A stretch of DNA of 64,000 nucleotides from Candidatus Shapirobacteria bacterium. Lineage in GTDB: Bacteria; Patescibacteriota; Microgenomatia; UBA12405; BS750m-G30. Position 1 is the stretch's first letter. The number at the start of each line of letters is the position of its first letter. The notes under the pieces are model-generated. The model was not told the origin of the DNA, ran no database searches, and saw only the letters and a program-made list of their open reading frames with translations. The stretch covers positions 260,622 through 324,621 of the forward strand of contig JBDRHA010000011.1 in NCBI GenBank assembly GCA_043817235.1. The letters are read 5' to 3'. Positions 52,122 to 60,440 of the stretch are shown one piece after another. Both the position numbers and the translations under genes were made by a program.

Positions 52122-52184
52122 TAATCTTATAGTGGTATAATCTCCTCAGTTAATTTCCTGCCTCCTTTATTTTTTTCAAACTGG

Positions 52185-52640
52185 ATGAATACGCCTAATT
52201 TTTCTTCCTGCTCTAGCCCCACAGGAGACTTAAAGGTTTCCTATAAAAATGGAAGTCATGGCATAGTGGGCGATAGTGTTTCCTATGAAGGCAGCGACGC
52301 TGTCTATATTATTAATGATAACCAGCTTATTCAATGTTTTTGCTCGCCCGAGGGGACGGGGATTCAAACTGATTGGTGGAAGATTGATAGATTAACACCA
52401 GAAGAAATTGGTGGCTTGGAAAAACTCGGCTGGTTTTTCGTTCCCAGCGGCTCGGCTTGGGGCTTGGATGCTTCGCCTTATTTAGCCAAAAATAGTAATT
52501 ATGCCTGCGGACTATCTAGTTATGGTATCGGCGGACAAGTCCTTGGTTTGGCGACAACGGGTAATAGCCTGTATATTTTTGCTTTGCTTGTTTTGGGGCT
52601 TGCTTGCTTTGCCTTGAGTAAAAAATTACGCCGCTACTAA
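52185..52640 (+). CDS. putative sortase substrate
   Basis: C-terminal GQVLG-LATTG + hydrophobic helix + KKLRR; Cys-containing ectodomain. Confidence 0.7.
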   Translation: MNTPNFSSCSSPTGDLKVSYKNGSHGIVGDSVSYEGSDAVYIINDNQLIQCFCSPEGTGIQTDWWKIDRLTPEEIGGLEKLGWFFVPSGSAWGLDASPYLAKNSNYACGLSSYGIGGQVLGLATTGNSLYIFALLVLGLACFALSKKLRRY

Positions 52641-52645
52641 CTACA

Positions 52646-53188
52646 ATGAAATTCCGACTATCAGTTTTTTTGTTTATTTTTGGGCTAGTATTTTTTATTT
52701 TTGGAGTTTATCTTTTTATTCAGCGAATAACTTCGAAGCCTCTAAATCTTAACCTGAACAGCAGTTTGCAAGACGAAAAAGATATTGGAGGCCTAGAGCC
52801 AAAATTATTACTAATAAAGGATTTGGGGATTGAACTGCCGATATTTCCTGCGCAAATAACAAAAGAAAAATGGGAAGATCCTTCGTCTTGGGGGGTTTCC
52901 TATATTTCCGCTTCCCCGGTTCCCGGAGAGCCAGGAAATAGTATTTTATACGGGCATAATTGGTCAAACCTTCTGGGCAAGCTAGTCAATATAAAACCAG
53001 GCCAAGAGCTAGAGGTGGTGTTTAACGATGAGTCTGTTCGGAGATTTAGTGTTCGAACGACTCAAATAGTAAGCACGGGAACGACAAGTATTTTAGAATC
53101 GTCCGATGATAAGAGAATCACTCTTTATACCTGCGTAGGATTTTTAGAGAAAAAGAGATTTGTGGTTACCGCTGTTCTAGTAATCTAG
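52646..53188 (+). CDS. sortase family protein
   Basis: PGEPGNSILYGH, ITLYTC, downstream Arg. Confidence 0.93.
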   Translation: MKFRLSVFLFIFGLVFFIFGVYLFIQRITSKPLNLNLNSSLQDEKDIGGLEPKLLLIKDLGIELPIFPAQITKEKWEDPSSWGVSYISASPVPGEPGNSILYGHNWSNLLGKLVNIKPGQELEVVFNDESVRRFSVRTTQIVSTGTTSILESSDDKRITLYTCVGFLEKKRFVVTAVLVI

Positions 53189-54277
53189 CTCCTCTCGGGT
53201 AACTACCCACGGGTCATCAAAAAGCTGAGAAGTGCCTTGGTTGCTAACTATAGACCAAGGGACAGAATCGTCACCCCAAGCCAAAAAGAAACTTATTTCT
53301 GGATAGCTATCTCTGATTTCTGCAATAAAATTAGCATAATTGAAGTTTCCGTCTGGGCAGGGCGCATTGTTACAAGATCCGCCCGGACCAAATTCGGTAA
53401 GGCCAAATGGTTTTTTAAGGGCGGCCATCTCCTCGTAGCCATTTATCTGAAGGGTGTCTCCGTATTTATCAAGGCCAACAATGTCCACATGGTTATCGCC
53501 GGGGTAATAAAAAGTGGCTGGCTTTATCCAAGACCCATCTACGCTATTGGGCGAGTAAACCCAGAGCAGATTATCTAGCTCTTTGGCATAAGTAAGGTAA
53601 TCAAACATCTGGTGCCACAAGCCAATGTAATCTTCTTGATTTTGGCAGCCCCACCAAAACCAGCAGCCATTCATTTCGTGAAGTGGCCGCCAAAGGACAA
53701 CTGCTCCGGCATCGCGAAGCTGGGTTAACCCTTTTGCAACCCAGTCAAGCTGAGAAATCCAAGCCGCATAGGCGCTTGTTCCAGGAGTCATAATCTCTTT
53801 CAGGCCAGAGCTGCTGCCGGTACGATCACTTGAGCCTTGGCCATTCCAAGGATTTTGAGCATGCCAGCTAATAGTTACCAGGCCGCCCTTTTTCCAATAA
53901 TCAATAAATACTTTATTATATTTTGAATAATCTGGGCGGGTGCCCCAATAGGCATAATCGCCGCCGATTAAACCCGGCCACTTGCCGGTAATTTTATTAA
54001 GCCCGGCTGCCTGCCGATTAAATTCCAAGGGAATTTCACTGCTATAGCCCACAAACTGTCCGGAAATAACTTTATTACTTTCTTGATTGGGCAAATTACT
54101 TATATAGTTTAAAACTTGCTTTGCTTTTAAGCTGGCGCTGGGGTTAGCCGTTTTAGCTTCGGGCACCCTTTTTTGATTACCAGGCCTGTTATTCAGCCCA
54201 AGCACTATTCCAAAAAGCAAAACGAAGCTAATTATAAGAAAATAATACTTTTTAGGCGATTTTTTTATTTTGTTTAT
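53177..54277 (-). CDS. GH26 beta-mannanase-like hydrolase (start uncertain)
   Basis: WRPLHEMNGCWFWWG, YYPGD, VDIVGLD, LTEFG; frame stays open to ATA at 54277 and encodes a basic + hydrophobic signal. Confidence 0.9.
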   Translation of the reverse strand: MNKIKKSPKKYYFLIISFVLLFGIVLGLNNRPGNQKRVPEAKTANPSASLKAKQVLNYISNLPNQESNKVISGQFVGYSSEIPLEFNRQAAGLNKITGKWPGLIGGDYAYWGTRPDYSKYNKVFIDYWKKGGLVTISWHAQNPWNGQGSSDRTGSSSGLKEIMTPGTSAYAAWISQLDWVAKGLTQLRDAGAVVLWRPLHEMNGCWFWWGCQNQEDYIGLWHQMFDYLTYAKELDNLLWVYSPNSVDGSWIKPATFYYPGDNHVDIVGLDKYGDTLQINGYEEMAALKKPFGLTEFGPGGSCNNAPCPDGNFNYANFIAEIRDSYPEISFFLAWGDDSVPWSIVSNQGTSQLFDDPWVVTREELDY

Positions 54278-54339
54278 GTTTTATTTTATCAAAAAGATAG
54301 CTAGCAATTTAGGACTTGCTTTTATAGTATTATAAAAAT

Positions 54340-55122
54340 ATGGCGGAAATCGGTTCTGAGGTTTTTTCTGGTGAACTTATGCCTGACTTGTCTTCTCAAT
54401 ATAGGGTAGGGAAATATTTAGGATCAGGGACGAATGACTCTGCTTATTTGGTTAACGATAATAATCTTCAGTCTTTTGTGGCCTTAACGCCGAATCTTTA
54501 CCCTAGTCCAGAGGCAAATTGGCAAAGAACAAAACACAAGCTGGAGAAAGCAGCAGTTTTGGACAAGATGGGATTAGCTTATCATGTTGTTCACCCGATA
54601 GCCAAGGGCTTGCTGCCTTTAAGGCAAGCATCTTCTTCAACTGATATGGCGCTGGTAGTGGAATATGCGGGGGAGCCAATAGAAACTGCTCAGTCAGAAT
54701 CGGAAAAACTAGAGATTTTAAAACAAGTATGGCAAGTGACCAAAACTATACATGAAAATGGATACGCAATTAATGATTTTAAAGATGAACATTGGTTGTT
54801 TCAAAATAGCAACGGAGGCCTTCAAGTTAAATTGATTGACTATACCCAACTTAGCACAGTTTCACCCGAATCCATGGAGAGAAACAGAAACGATCATCGG
54901 AAAGGAGACATGCGAAAATTTTGGTATTTGGCTGCAAGTTTTTTTCCTTGGTTTAAGCCGGAAGCAGTCCCCACTTTTTCGACCGAAACAGCAAAGGTGA
55001 TTCAAAAAGAAATTGATCAAATGCTTGTCGATCTTGGAGAGCAAAGCCATAGGTTTACTCCGAAACAAAAAATAGCCAAGGCTTTAATTGGAAAATTGCG
55101 GACCAGGCTAAAAGGAATCTAG
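54340..55122 (+). CDS. divergent Ser/Thr protein kinase-like protein
   Basis: LGSGT Gly loop, VVEY hinge, IHENGYAINDFK, KLIDY. Confidence 0.7.
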   Translation: MAEIGSEVFSGELMPDLSSQYRVGKYLGSGTNDSAYLVNDNNLQSFVALTPNLYPSPEANWQRTKHKLEKAAVLDKMGLAYHVVHPIAKGLLPLRQASSSTDMALVVEYAGEPIETAQSESEKLEILKQVWQVTKTIHENGYAINDFKDEHWLFQNSNGGLQVKLIDYTQLSTVSPESMERNRNDHRKGDMRKFWYLAASFFPWFKPEAVPTFSTETAKVIQKEIDQMLVDLGEQSHRFTPKQKIAKALIGKLRTRLKGI

Positions 55123-55129
55123 TCAAAGT

Positions 55130-55807
55130 TTATATCTTGAAGTCTATAGCTGTTGTGGTTAGTAAGTTCTCGCTCTCTAAATAATTGATAATTCCTTGAG
55201 CAATGCCTTGAGCGGGTATTTCTGGCCTAGAGGTTAGCAGATATCTGTCTTGAGGGTTGGTTAAAAAACCGGTTTCAATAATTGCCGCCGGAGTTAAAGG
55301 ATGGAGGGCATGTTTATATTTCCACCAAGCAAAGGCATAATAGTCCCGCATGTTTGCCGTAATATTTTTATCAAGAGGCAGAGAAGTAGTTTTAACATAA
55401 GATTCGCTAATTTTATTTATAAGCAGGCTGGCATTGCGAGTTAAGTCTTGCTGGGGGTCGGCAATTTTAAAACCTCGCACTGAAGGATTTAAATTTCCAT
55501 CCGCATGGATAGCTAAAAACACATTGGCTCGATATGATGGGGGAATGGTTGCTGGCAGAAGATCTACTTTAACCCCTTTTTCTTCTAGTATTCTGGCGAC
55601 ATTTTTGGCAATTAGCAGATTAACTTCAGCCTCGCTCCAGCCCCCGCCGCTGCTTCCGGTATTAGCAATATGTTTGCTTAATTCCTCAGGAAGCTCGTTG
55701 TTTTTCCAATGGCCAACTTGGATTCCCACCCGAGGCAAAGGGGGAAACTGCTTTGGGGCAGTAGAAATATCCATTAAAAACAGAAAGAACCAAAATAATT
55801 GGCGCAT
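55130..55807 (-). CDS. N-acetylmuramoyl-L-alanine amidase (Amidase_3)
   Basis: QVGH, EAEVN, LAIHAD, IETGFLTN. Confidence 0.88.
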   Translation of the reverse strand: MRQLFWFFLFLMDISTAPKQFPPLPRVGIQVGHWKNNELPEELSKHIANTGSSGGGWSEAEVNLLIAKNVARILEEKGVKVDLLPATIPPSYRANVFLAIHADGNLNPSVRGFKIADPQQDLTRNASLLINKISESYVKTTSLPLDKNITANMRDYYAFAWWKYKHALHPLTPAAIIETGFLTNPQDRYLLTSRPEIPAQGIAQGIINYLESENLLTTTAIDFKI

Positions 55808-55892
55808 GAAAGGAAATTAAACCAAAATTGACAGCAATAATACAAGAAGAGAAAGGCAATGGTGTCTCTTTTGTCTTCTGTATAATTAACCA

Positions 55893-56231
55893 ATGAAAAA
55901 ATTAATTTGGACAAAGCATGCCTTGCAAAGGACAAGAGACCGGAAAATACCCCAGCAATATTTAACTAATGCTTTTTATCGGCCGGATAAAGTGATTGAG
56001 GGCAAGAAAAAGGGAAGCAAAAAGTTTATCCGCTCTTATGGTCTTCACCAGGCGGTCGTGGTGGCTAGCTCTAATGATAAAGGGGAATGGGTGGCCATTT
56101 CCGGCTGGATTAACCCGCCTATTAAGGGTAGCTTAGATGACCGGAAAAAACTTTTTGAAAAAAATTATCAAAAGTCTTCTTTTTGGGGGAAAACTTGGCT
56201 GGTTTTCAAAAAATCTATTTTGGGACGATAA
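55893..56231 (+). CDS. DUF4258-like protein
   Basis: WTKHALQRTRDR, GEWVAIS. Confidence 0.7.
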   Translation: MKKLIWTKHALQRTRDRKIPQQYLTNAFYRPDKVIEGKKKGSKKFIRSYGLHQAVVVASSNDKGEWVAISGWINPPIKGSLDDRKKLFEKNYQKSSFWGKTWLVFKKSILGR

Positions 56232-56298
56232 GTCCATTTTTGCCTCGCTCAAACCAAGCTTCTCTTGCTCTGCTTTTTCCAGTTTATCTGGAGGTTCG

Positions 56299-56430
56299 TT
56301 TATTTTGCGAGCGGGAAAACCTCGGAGCTTGCTCCGTGGATGAAAGCTATAATCCTCGCAAAGCAAGCAAAAGAAGAAACTGCGCAAGCAAGCTGCGCAG
56401 AGGCTTCATTCTTTTTTTATTGCTCGTAAA
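56299..56430 (-). mobile_element. non-coding two-hairpin element resembling IS200/IS605-family ends
   Basis: Hairpins CTGCGCAGCTTGCTTGCGCAG and CCACGGAGCAAGCTCCGAGG between TTTA...TAAA ends; no ORF. Confidence 0.5.
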
Positions 56431-56549
56431 TTGGGCCGATAAAGGCAGCCAAACAAACAGCCATTATAAGGCTTAATCACCCAATCCGCTCCTGGCAAGC
56501 CCGACTTTGTCAAAATCGTTTTGGCCCGAAGTAAGTTAATTTTTGGCAT
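56406..56549 (-). pseudogene. truncated radical SAM (SplB-like) gene
   Basis: MPKINLLRAKTILTKSGLPGADWVIKPYNGCLFGCLY, cut before the third Cys of CxxxCxxC. Confidence 0.75.
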
Positions 56550-56563
56550 GATATAATTTTAGC

Positions 56564-56797
56564 ATGAAAACTTTACTGCCTCGATTCGTTTTAAAATACT
56601 TTTAGGGAGATGACTTAACTCAGTTAAATTGGGAAGAGCACCAAAAATATATTCTTAAAACTTTACTTGAAAGAGGTGGCCAGCAGTCTATTTCTTGGTT
56701 ACTAAAAAAAATTGATCAAAAGAGTTTGAAAAAACAGCTAACTGCTCTCAAATTAAGTCCAAAGTCAAATAATTTTTGGCAAATTTATCTACGATGA
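56564..56797 (+). pseudogene. DUF6922-like antitoxin with in-frame TAG at 56603
   Basis: LKYF*GDD..YILKTLLERG..LSPKSNNFW; stop overlaps the toxin ATG. Confidence 0.75.
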
Positions 56798-57359
56798 GAA
56801 AGCTTCACCCTCAAACCATTCCTGCTAAAACTAAAGATTTAATTAGCCTATTTCAAAAAGGTCAGCCTGAATTTTTAAAGAAGTTTTATCTATCTGGCGG
56901 AACTGCCTTATCCTTACAGTTTGGCCATCGAGAATCAGTCGATTTGGACTTTTTCACTCAGAGTGATTTTAATCCTCGAACACTCCAATCAAAGCTTGAG
57001 AAATATGGGCAATTAAAAGATTTGCAGTTGGGCGAAAATACGCTTAACGCTTTTTTGCGTGGTGCCCAAATCCAATTCTTAGGCTATCATTATCCCTTAT
57101 TGAAGCCGGTTGTAAACTGGAAAAATATTCCAATTAGCTCAGTCATTGATATTGCCTGTACTAAATTGCAGACGATCGGAATGAGAGGGAGCAAGAAAGG
57201 TTTTTTAGTCGTACTCATATTCTTAAATCACTAGTTTATTTTAGAGATGCCCAAAATCAGCCTATGCCCAGAATGCATAAAAAAGTAAAGTGGTCAAAAA
57301 TTAAGCAAGAAATTCTAAAAGAAATTACAAATTACACCAGAAAGCACTTTTCGCATTAG
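56794..57359 (+). pseudogene. AbiEii/AbiGii nucleotidyltransferase toxin with frameshifting deletion near 57205
   Basis: LSGGTALS..HRESVDLDF, RGSKK; C-terminus HILKSLVYFRDAQNQPMP lies in another frame ending at 57359. Confidence 0.82.
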
Positions 57360-57457
57360 CTGCTTTACCCTCTGGCTTAACCTCGGGATATTGATGCTTT
57401 TTGCAAAACCGTTTTGTGTCCGTTGACAGACAACTTTTAATTTGTCAAATTAGATTA

Positions 57458-58252
57458 ATGCGATTTAAGGTTGACAAAAAGTTAATTTTTCTTATTTTCT
57501 TTGGTGTTTTTGTTTTTTCTCTTCTGCTTTCGATTGTTGTTTTTGTTCGAGTCAATGGGTCTTCTCGGCCGGAGTCTTTCCTGTCGATCAAGACTACTCC
57601 TTCCTTAAAGCCGACTTATTCTAATATTTATGATTCTAAGAAAAACCAAAGTGAAGAAGAAATTGCCCAAGATTGGGTTATTTTTGAAGAAAACGCTGAT
57701 TTTTCGATAAAAATAAATGAAGCATATCCGGACACCCGAGAAGTAAAAATTACGATAATTTCCAAAGCTACGAAAGAAGAATATCCCGTTGAGGATCGGC
57801 TCCCAGCTTGGGGGGTTGCAATTTTATCCAATAGCGATGACCAAAGATTCGTTCTCCTTTCTTGTGGAACTTATATCAACAGAGCTGCCCTGGCGATTGA
57901 TTTAATTCAGAAAAAATTAATCACTTCTCCATTCACTGTTACTACTGGGATTAAAGAGCATTTATTTATTAATTCAAAACTAGTTTATAACAGTCTTGAT
58001 CCTTCGCTTGAGCTAGCCAACCGTTTTGATGGAAGTGGTGGTCGGGGAATAGCCGTTTTAGATTTGCTTACCGGAGAGCATAAAAATCTTTTCCAGCCCG
58101 ATAGTCTTAATGATTACTTTTTAAGGGAAAAAGAGGGAGACAAGATTGTAATCCTCCATCACTTTGTGACGAGTGTTTCTGACTGGGTAGAGGAAGCAGT
58201 AATCAATAAAGAAGAAATAAGACGCGATATAGCCGAGCCCCTTCTTAATTAA
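57458..58252 (+). CDS. membrane-anchored exported beta-rich protein
   Basis: N-terminal TM, long open frame. Confidence 0.7.
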   Translation: MRFKVDKKLIFLIFFGVFVFSLLLSIVVFVRVNGSSRPESFLSIKTTPSLKPTYSNIYDSKKNQSEEEIAQDWVIFEENADFSIKINEAYPDTREVKITIISKATKEEYPVEDRLPAWGVAILSNSDDQRFVLLSCGTYINRAALAIDLIQKKLITSPFTVTTGIKEHLFINSKLVYNSLDPSLELANRFDGSGGRGIAVLDLLTGEHKNLFQPDSLNDYFLREKEGDKIVILHHFVTSVSDWVEEAVINKEEIRRDIAEPLLN

Positions 58253-58435
58253 GCGATCTGCCATGTTTATCACTTGCTTCGCTTCTTTTCTTGGGTCAAC
58301 ATGATTGCCAATAATGTCAGCTCCAGCCTCAGTTAGTGAGTCAGCGATCTCTGCTCCAATGTCCCGAGAAGTTCCCGTTATAACGGCAAGTTTTCCCCGA
58401 AGAGACCGGTATTCATGTAGCTCTGATGTAGATAT
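58253..58435 (-). pseudogene. short-chain dehydrogenase N-terminal fragment
   Basis: LRGKLAVITGTSRDIGAEIADSLTEAGADII Rossmann motif; no canonical start; truncated. Confidence 0.65.
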
Positions 58436-58464
58436 AGCTCTATTCTTGATTCTACCAAAAAATG

Positions 58465-58536
58465 CTCCCCGGGTAGGACTCGAACCTACAACCCTTCGCT
58501 TAACAGGCGAGCGCTCTACCATTGAGCTACCGGGGA
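58465..58536 (-). tRNA. tRNA-Asn(GTT)
   Basis: TCCCCGG/CCGGGGA acceptor stem, anticodon loop CTGTTAA, GGTTCGAGTCC; CCA not encoded. Confidence 0.96.
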
Positions 58537-58554
58537 TAAATTGTTAAATGTGCA

Positions 58555-58743
58555 CTATGTTCTCGTCTTAAGAAATCTTCTTCCAAAGCCTGTTTTAAAA
58601 TACTTTTCTCTCGCGATCGCTTTCTTTATATTATTACAAGCCTCAAAATATACTAACTTAAATGGTCTTCTGTTTTTAGTCCATCCAATATATAGCTTTC
58701 GATCCTTTTGACTTTCGAGAACGTAAGCATAATAGAAAATCAC
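58555..58743 (-). pseudogene. small GIY-YIG nuclease, probable internal deletion
   Basis: YAYVLES..LYIGWT joined directly to KNRRPFKLVYFEA; the usual R..H helix is missing. Confidence 0.7.
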
Positions 58744-58768
58744 TGTTGTTTACATCGCAATTGAGCTA

Positions 58769-58814
58769 CCCGCCCGCCATCACAAGCGTGAACTGCTCAG
58801 GCGTTGCGGGCGGG
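58769..58814. repeat. REP-like GC-rich palindrome
   Basis: CCCGCCCGC/GCGGGCGGG stem; shares CCCGCCATC with 60132. Confidence 0.65.
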
Positions 58815-58900
58815 CAGGGGATTGTTAAAGTTCTCTTGTATTATACAATACTAGTTTTTTAAGATTCTAACTGTTTAGTTCGGTCTATTTAATCCAAGAC

Positions 58901-58929
58901 TTGACAAAGTTAAAAGACAGTATTATAAT
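58901..58929 (+). promoter_or_regulatory. consensus sigma70 promoter
   Basis: TTGACA-17-TATAAT. Confidence 0.85.
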
Positions 58930-58969
58930 GGGTATATATTCATTATCTAGGTATAAAAGGAGAGAAAAA

Positions 58970-59464
58970 ATGCCGAGAAGAAAAAAGACAAGAAAAATGT
59001 GTTTTTGCCCGGAGATAACTTATTTTAAGCCCAGGGGAATGCCCTTATCCGCTTTGCAAGTTACTAAGCTAGAGAATGATGAGCTGGAGGCCTTGTATTT
59101 GGCGGATTTTGAGGGCCAAGATCAGATAGAGTCAGCGAAAAAAATGGAAGTATCTCAAAGCACTTTTCAGCGAATTTTAAAATCTGCTCGAAAAAAAACA
59201 GCGTTAGCCTTAATTTTAGGCCAAGCAATATCTTTGAAAGGAGGTGAGGAAAAAATGGTTAGACCAAGAAAAGGAATGGGTTTAGGCAGAAGCGCGCCTG
59301 TTAGTGGCGGCCGCGGTCGTATGGGTGGTCCTTTAGCCGCTGGCCCAGGAGGGATTTGCGCTTGTGTAGATTGTAAGTGCGAGGCGCCTCATAAAACCGG
59401 AGTCGCTTGCTACCAAACCAAATGCCCAAAGTGTGGCGGGAAAATGGTTAGAAAAAGAGAGTAA
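58970..59464 (+). CDS. DUF134 HTH protein fused to a Gly-rich Cys4 metal-binding domain
   Basis: YFKPRG, ELEAL, MEVSQSTFQR; GPGGICAC..C..C..CPKCG. Confidence 0.85.
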   Translation: MPRRKKTRKMCFCPEITYFKPRGMPLSALQVTKLENDELEALYLADFEGQDQIESAKKMEVSQSTFQRILKSARKKTALALILGQAISLKGGEEKMVRPRKGMGLGRSAPVSGGRGRMGGPLAAGPGGICACVDCKCEAPHKTGVACYQTKCPKCGGKMVRKRE

Positions 59465-59516
59465 GTTTAGTCGTCTTACTTGCAAAGCAAAAGGCTCTTT
59501 GGTAATAATAGAGATA

Positions 59517-60080
59517 ATGGAAAAAACACCTCCGGAGGTAAAGAGCGAAGCTTTAGAGGTAATGGCGGTTAAGGAAGAGAAAAAACTGATTTCCTGGAAA
59601 GCTTTAGCCCGGGCTTATCAAAAAAAAGACCGGGATTTTTGGGTAACGGCTTTAGCTTCAGCGGGCTTGATTTGCGTAATTTTATTTGTGATTGGCGAAT
59701 GGGGCTTGATTGCCGCCATTTTAAGTTTGATTTTCTTTTACTATGTTTTAACGACTGTCAAGCCTGAGGAAGTTGATTACCGGATTACCAATAAAGGGGT
59801 TTATTTTCCGGGAAGTGAAGAGCGGATTGACTGGGAACTTTTAAAAAGCTATTTTTTAACCCAAAAATGGGGCCATACTCTTCTTAAAATCAATACTTAT
59901 TTGCGGGGATTGACGATGCTTAGTTTAGTTGTTCCTGATGTGGAAAAAGAAAAAGTTGAGCAAGTCTTAAAAAAGTATTTGCCTGAAGGCAAAGAAGAAA
60001 AAAACGCCGCGGATAAAGTAACCCACTGGGTTTACAAGCGTCTTCCTTTTGAAATTGAAAAAAGAGTTGGAAAGAAATAA
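59517..60080 (+). CDS. two-TM membrane protein (DUF5673-like)
   Basis: LISWKA, two TMs, YRITNKG. Confidence 0.7.
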   Translation: MEKTPPEVKSEALEVMAVKEEKKLISWKALARAYQKKDRDFWVTALASAGLICVILFVIGEWGLIAAILSLIFFYYVLTTVKPEEVDYRITNKGVYFPGSEERIDWELLKSYFLTQKWGHTLLKINTYLRGLTMLSLVVPDVEKEKVEQVLKKYLPEGKEEKNAADKVTHWVYKRLPFEIEKRVGKK

Positions 60081-60131
60081 CTTCAAGAAATTCGATTTAT
60101 ATTGTCCATGATTGATATAATTGAGCCTGTG

Positions 60132-60172
60132 CCCGCCATCGCCGTCCCGCAGTTGCGGGACTAGCAGGCGGG
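60132..60172. repeat. REP-like palindrome upstream of tRNA-Ser
   Basis: CCCGCC/GGCGGG outer stem and GTCCCGCA/TGCGGGAC inner stem. Confidence 0.6.
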
Positions 60173-60192
60173 TAGCGATTTTATTACTGATG

Positions 60193-60280
60193 GGAGGAGT
60201 CGGATAGCGGTTCATTCCACACGCTTGGAAAGCGTGCGAGCGTAAAGCTCACGGGGGTTCGAATCCCCCCTCCTCCGCCA
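60193..60280 (+). tRNA. tRNA-Ser(GGA)
   Basis: GGAGGAG/CTCCTCC acceptor stem, loop TTGGAAA, long variable arm, GGTTCGAATCC, encoded CCA. Confidence 0.96.
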
Positions 60281-60440
60281 ACTAGGAAATGTCTTTGTTG
60301 GCTCGCCCTCCCTGCCTCGCCGGCAGGCGGGTGCGAGGGCTCGCCAGCCGATTTTAAGCGCAAATTGGAATTTTTTATCTTTGCCCCGAAGGGGCTGGCC
60401 AAAAGCGGGCTTCCCTCATTTTTAAGACAGGAATACATAT

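Noticed and set aside
420-55820. Many short antisense or alternate-frame ORFs in the track
   Set aside because: They shadow well-supported genes and lack motifs or start signals
56133-56476. Three short overlapping ORFs
   Set aside because: They span the non-coding hairpin element and have no recognisable motifs
929-56605. Stop codon reassignment explaining the in-frame stops
   Set aside because: The two stops differ (TAA, TAG), and TGA, TAA and TAG all end intact genes in this window
58121-58547. ORFs 58121..58522 and 58305..58547 as real genes
   Set aside because: They read through tRNA-Asn; only the SDR fragment looks protein-like
60184-60438. 84-aa ORF as a recombinase remnant
   Set aside because: Largely antisense to tRNA-Ser and a palindrome; no catalytic motif is visible
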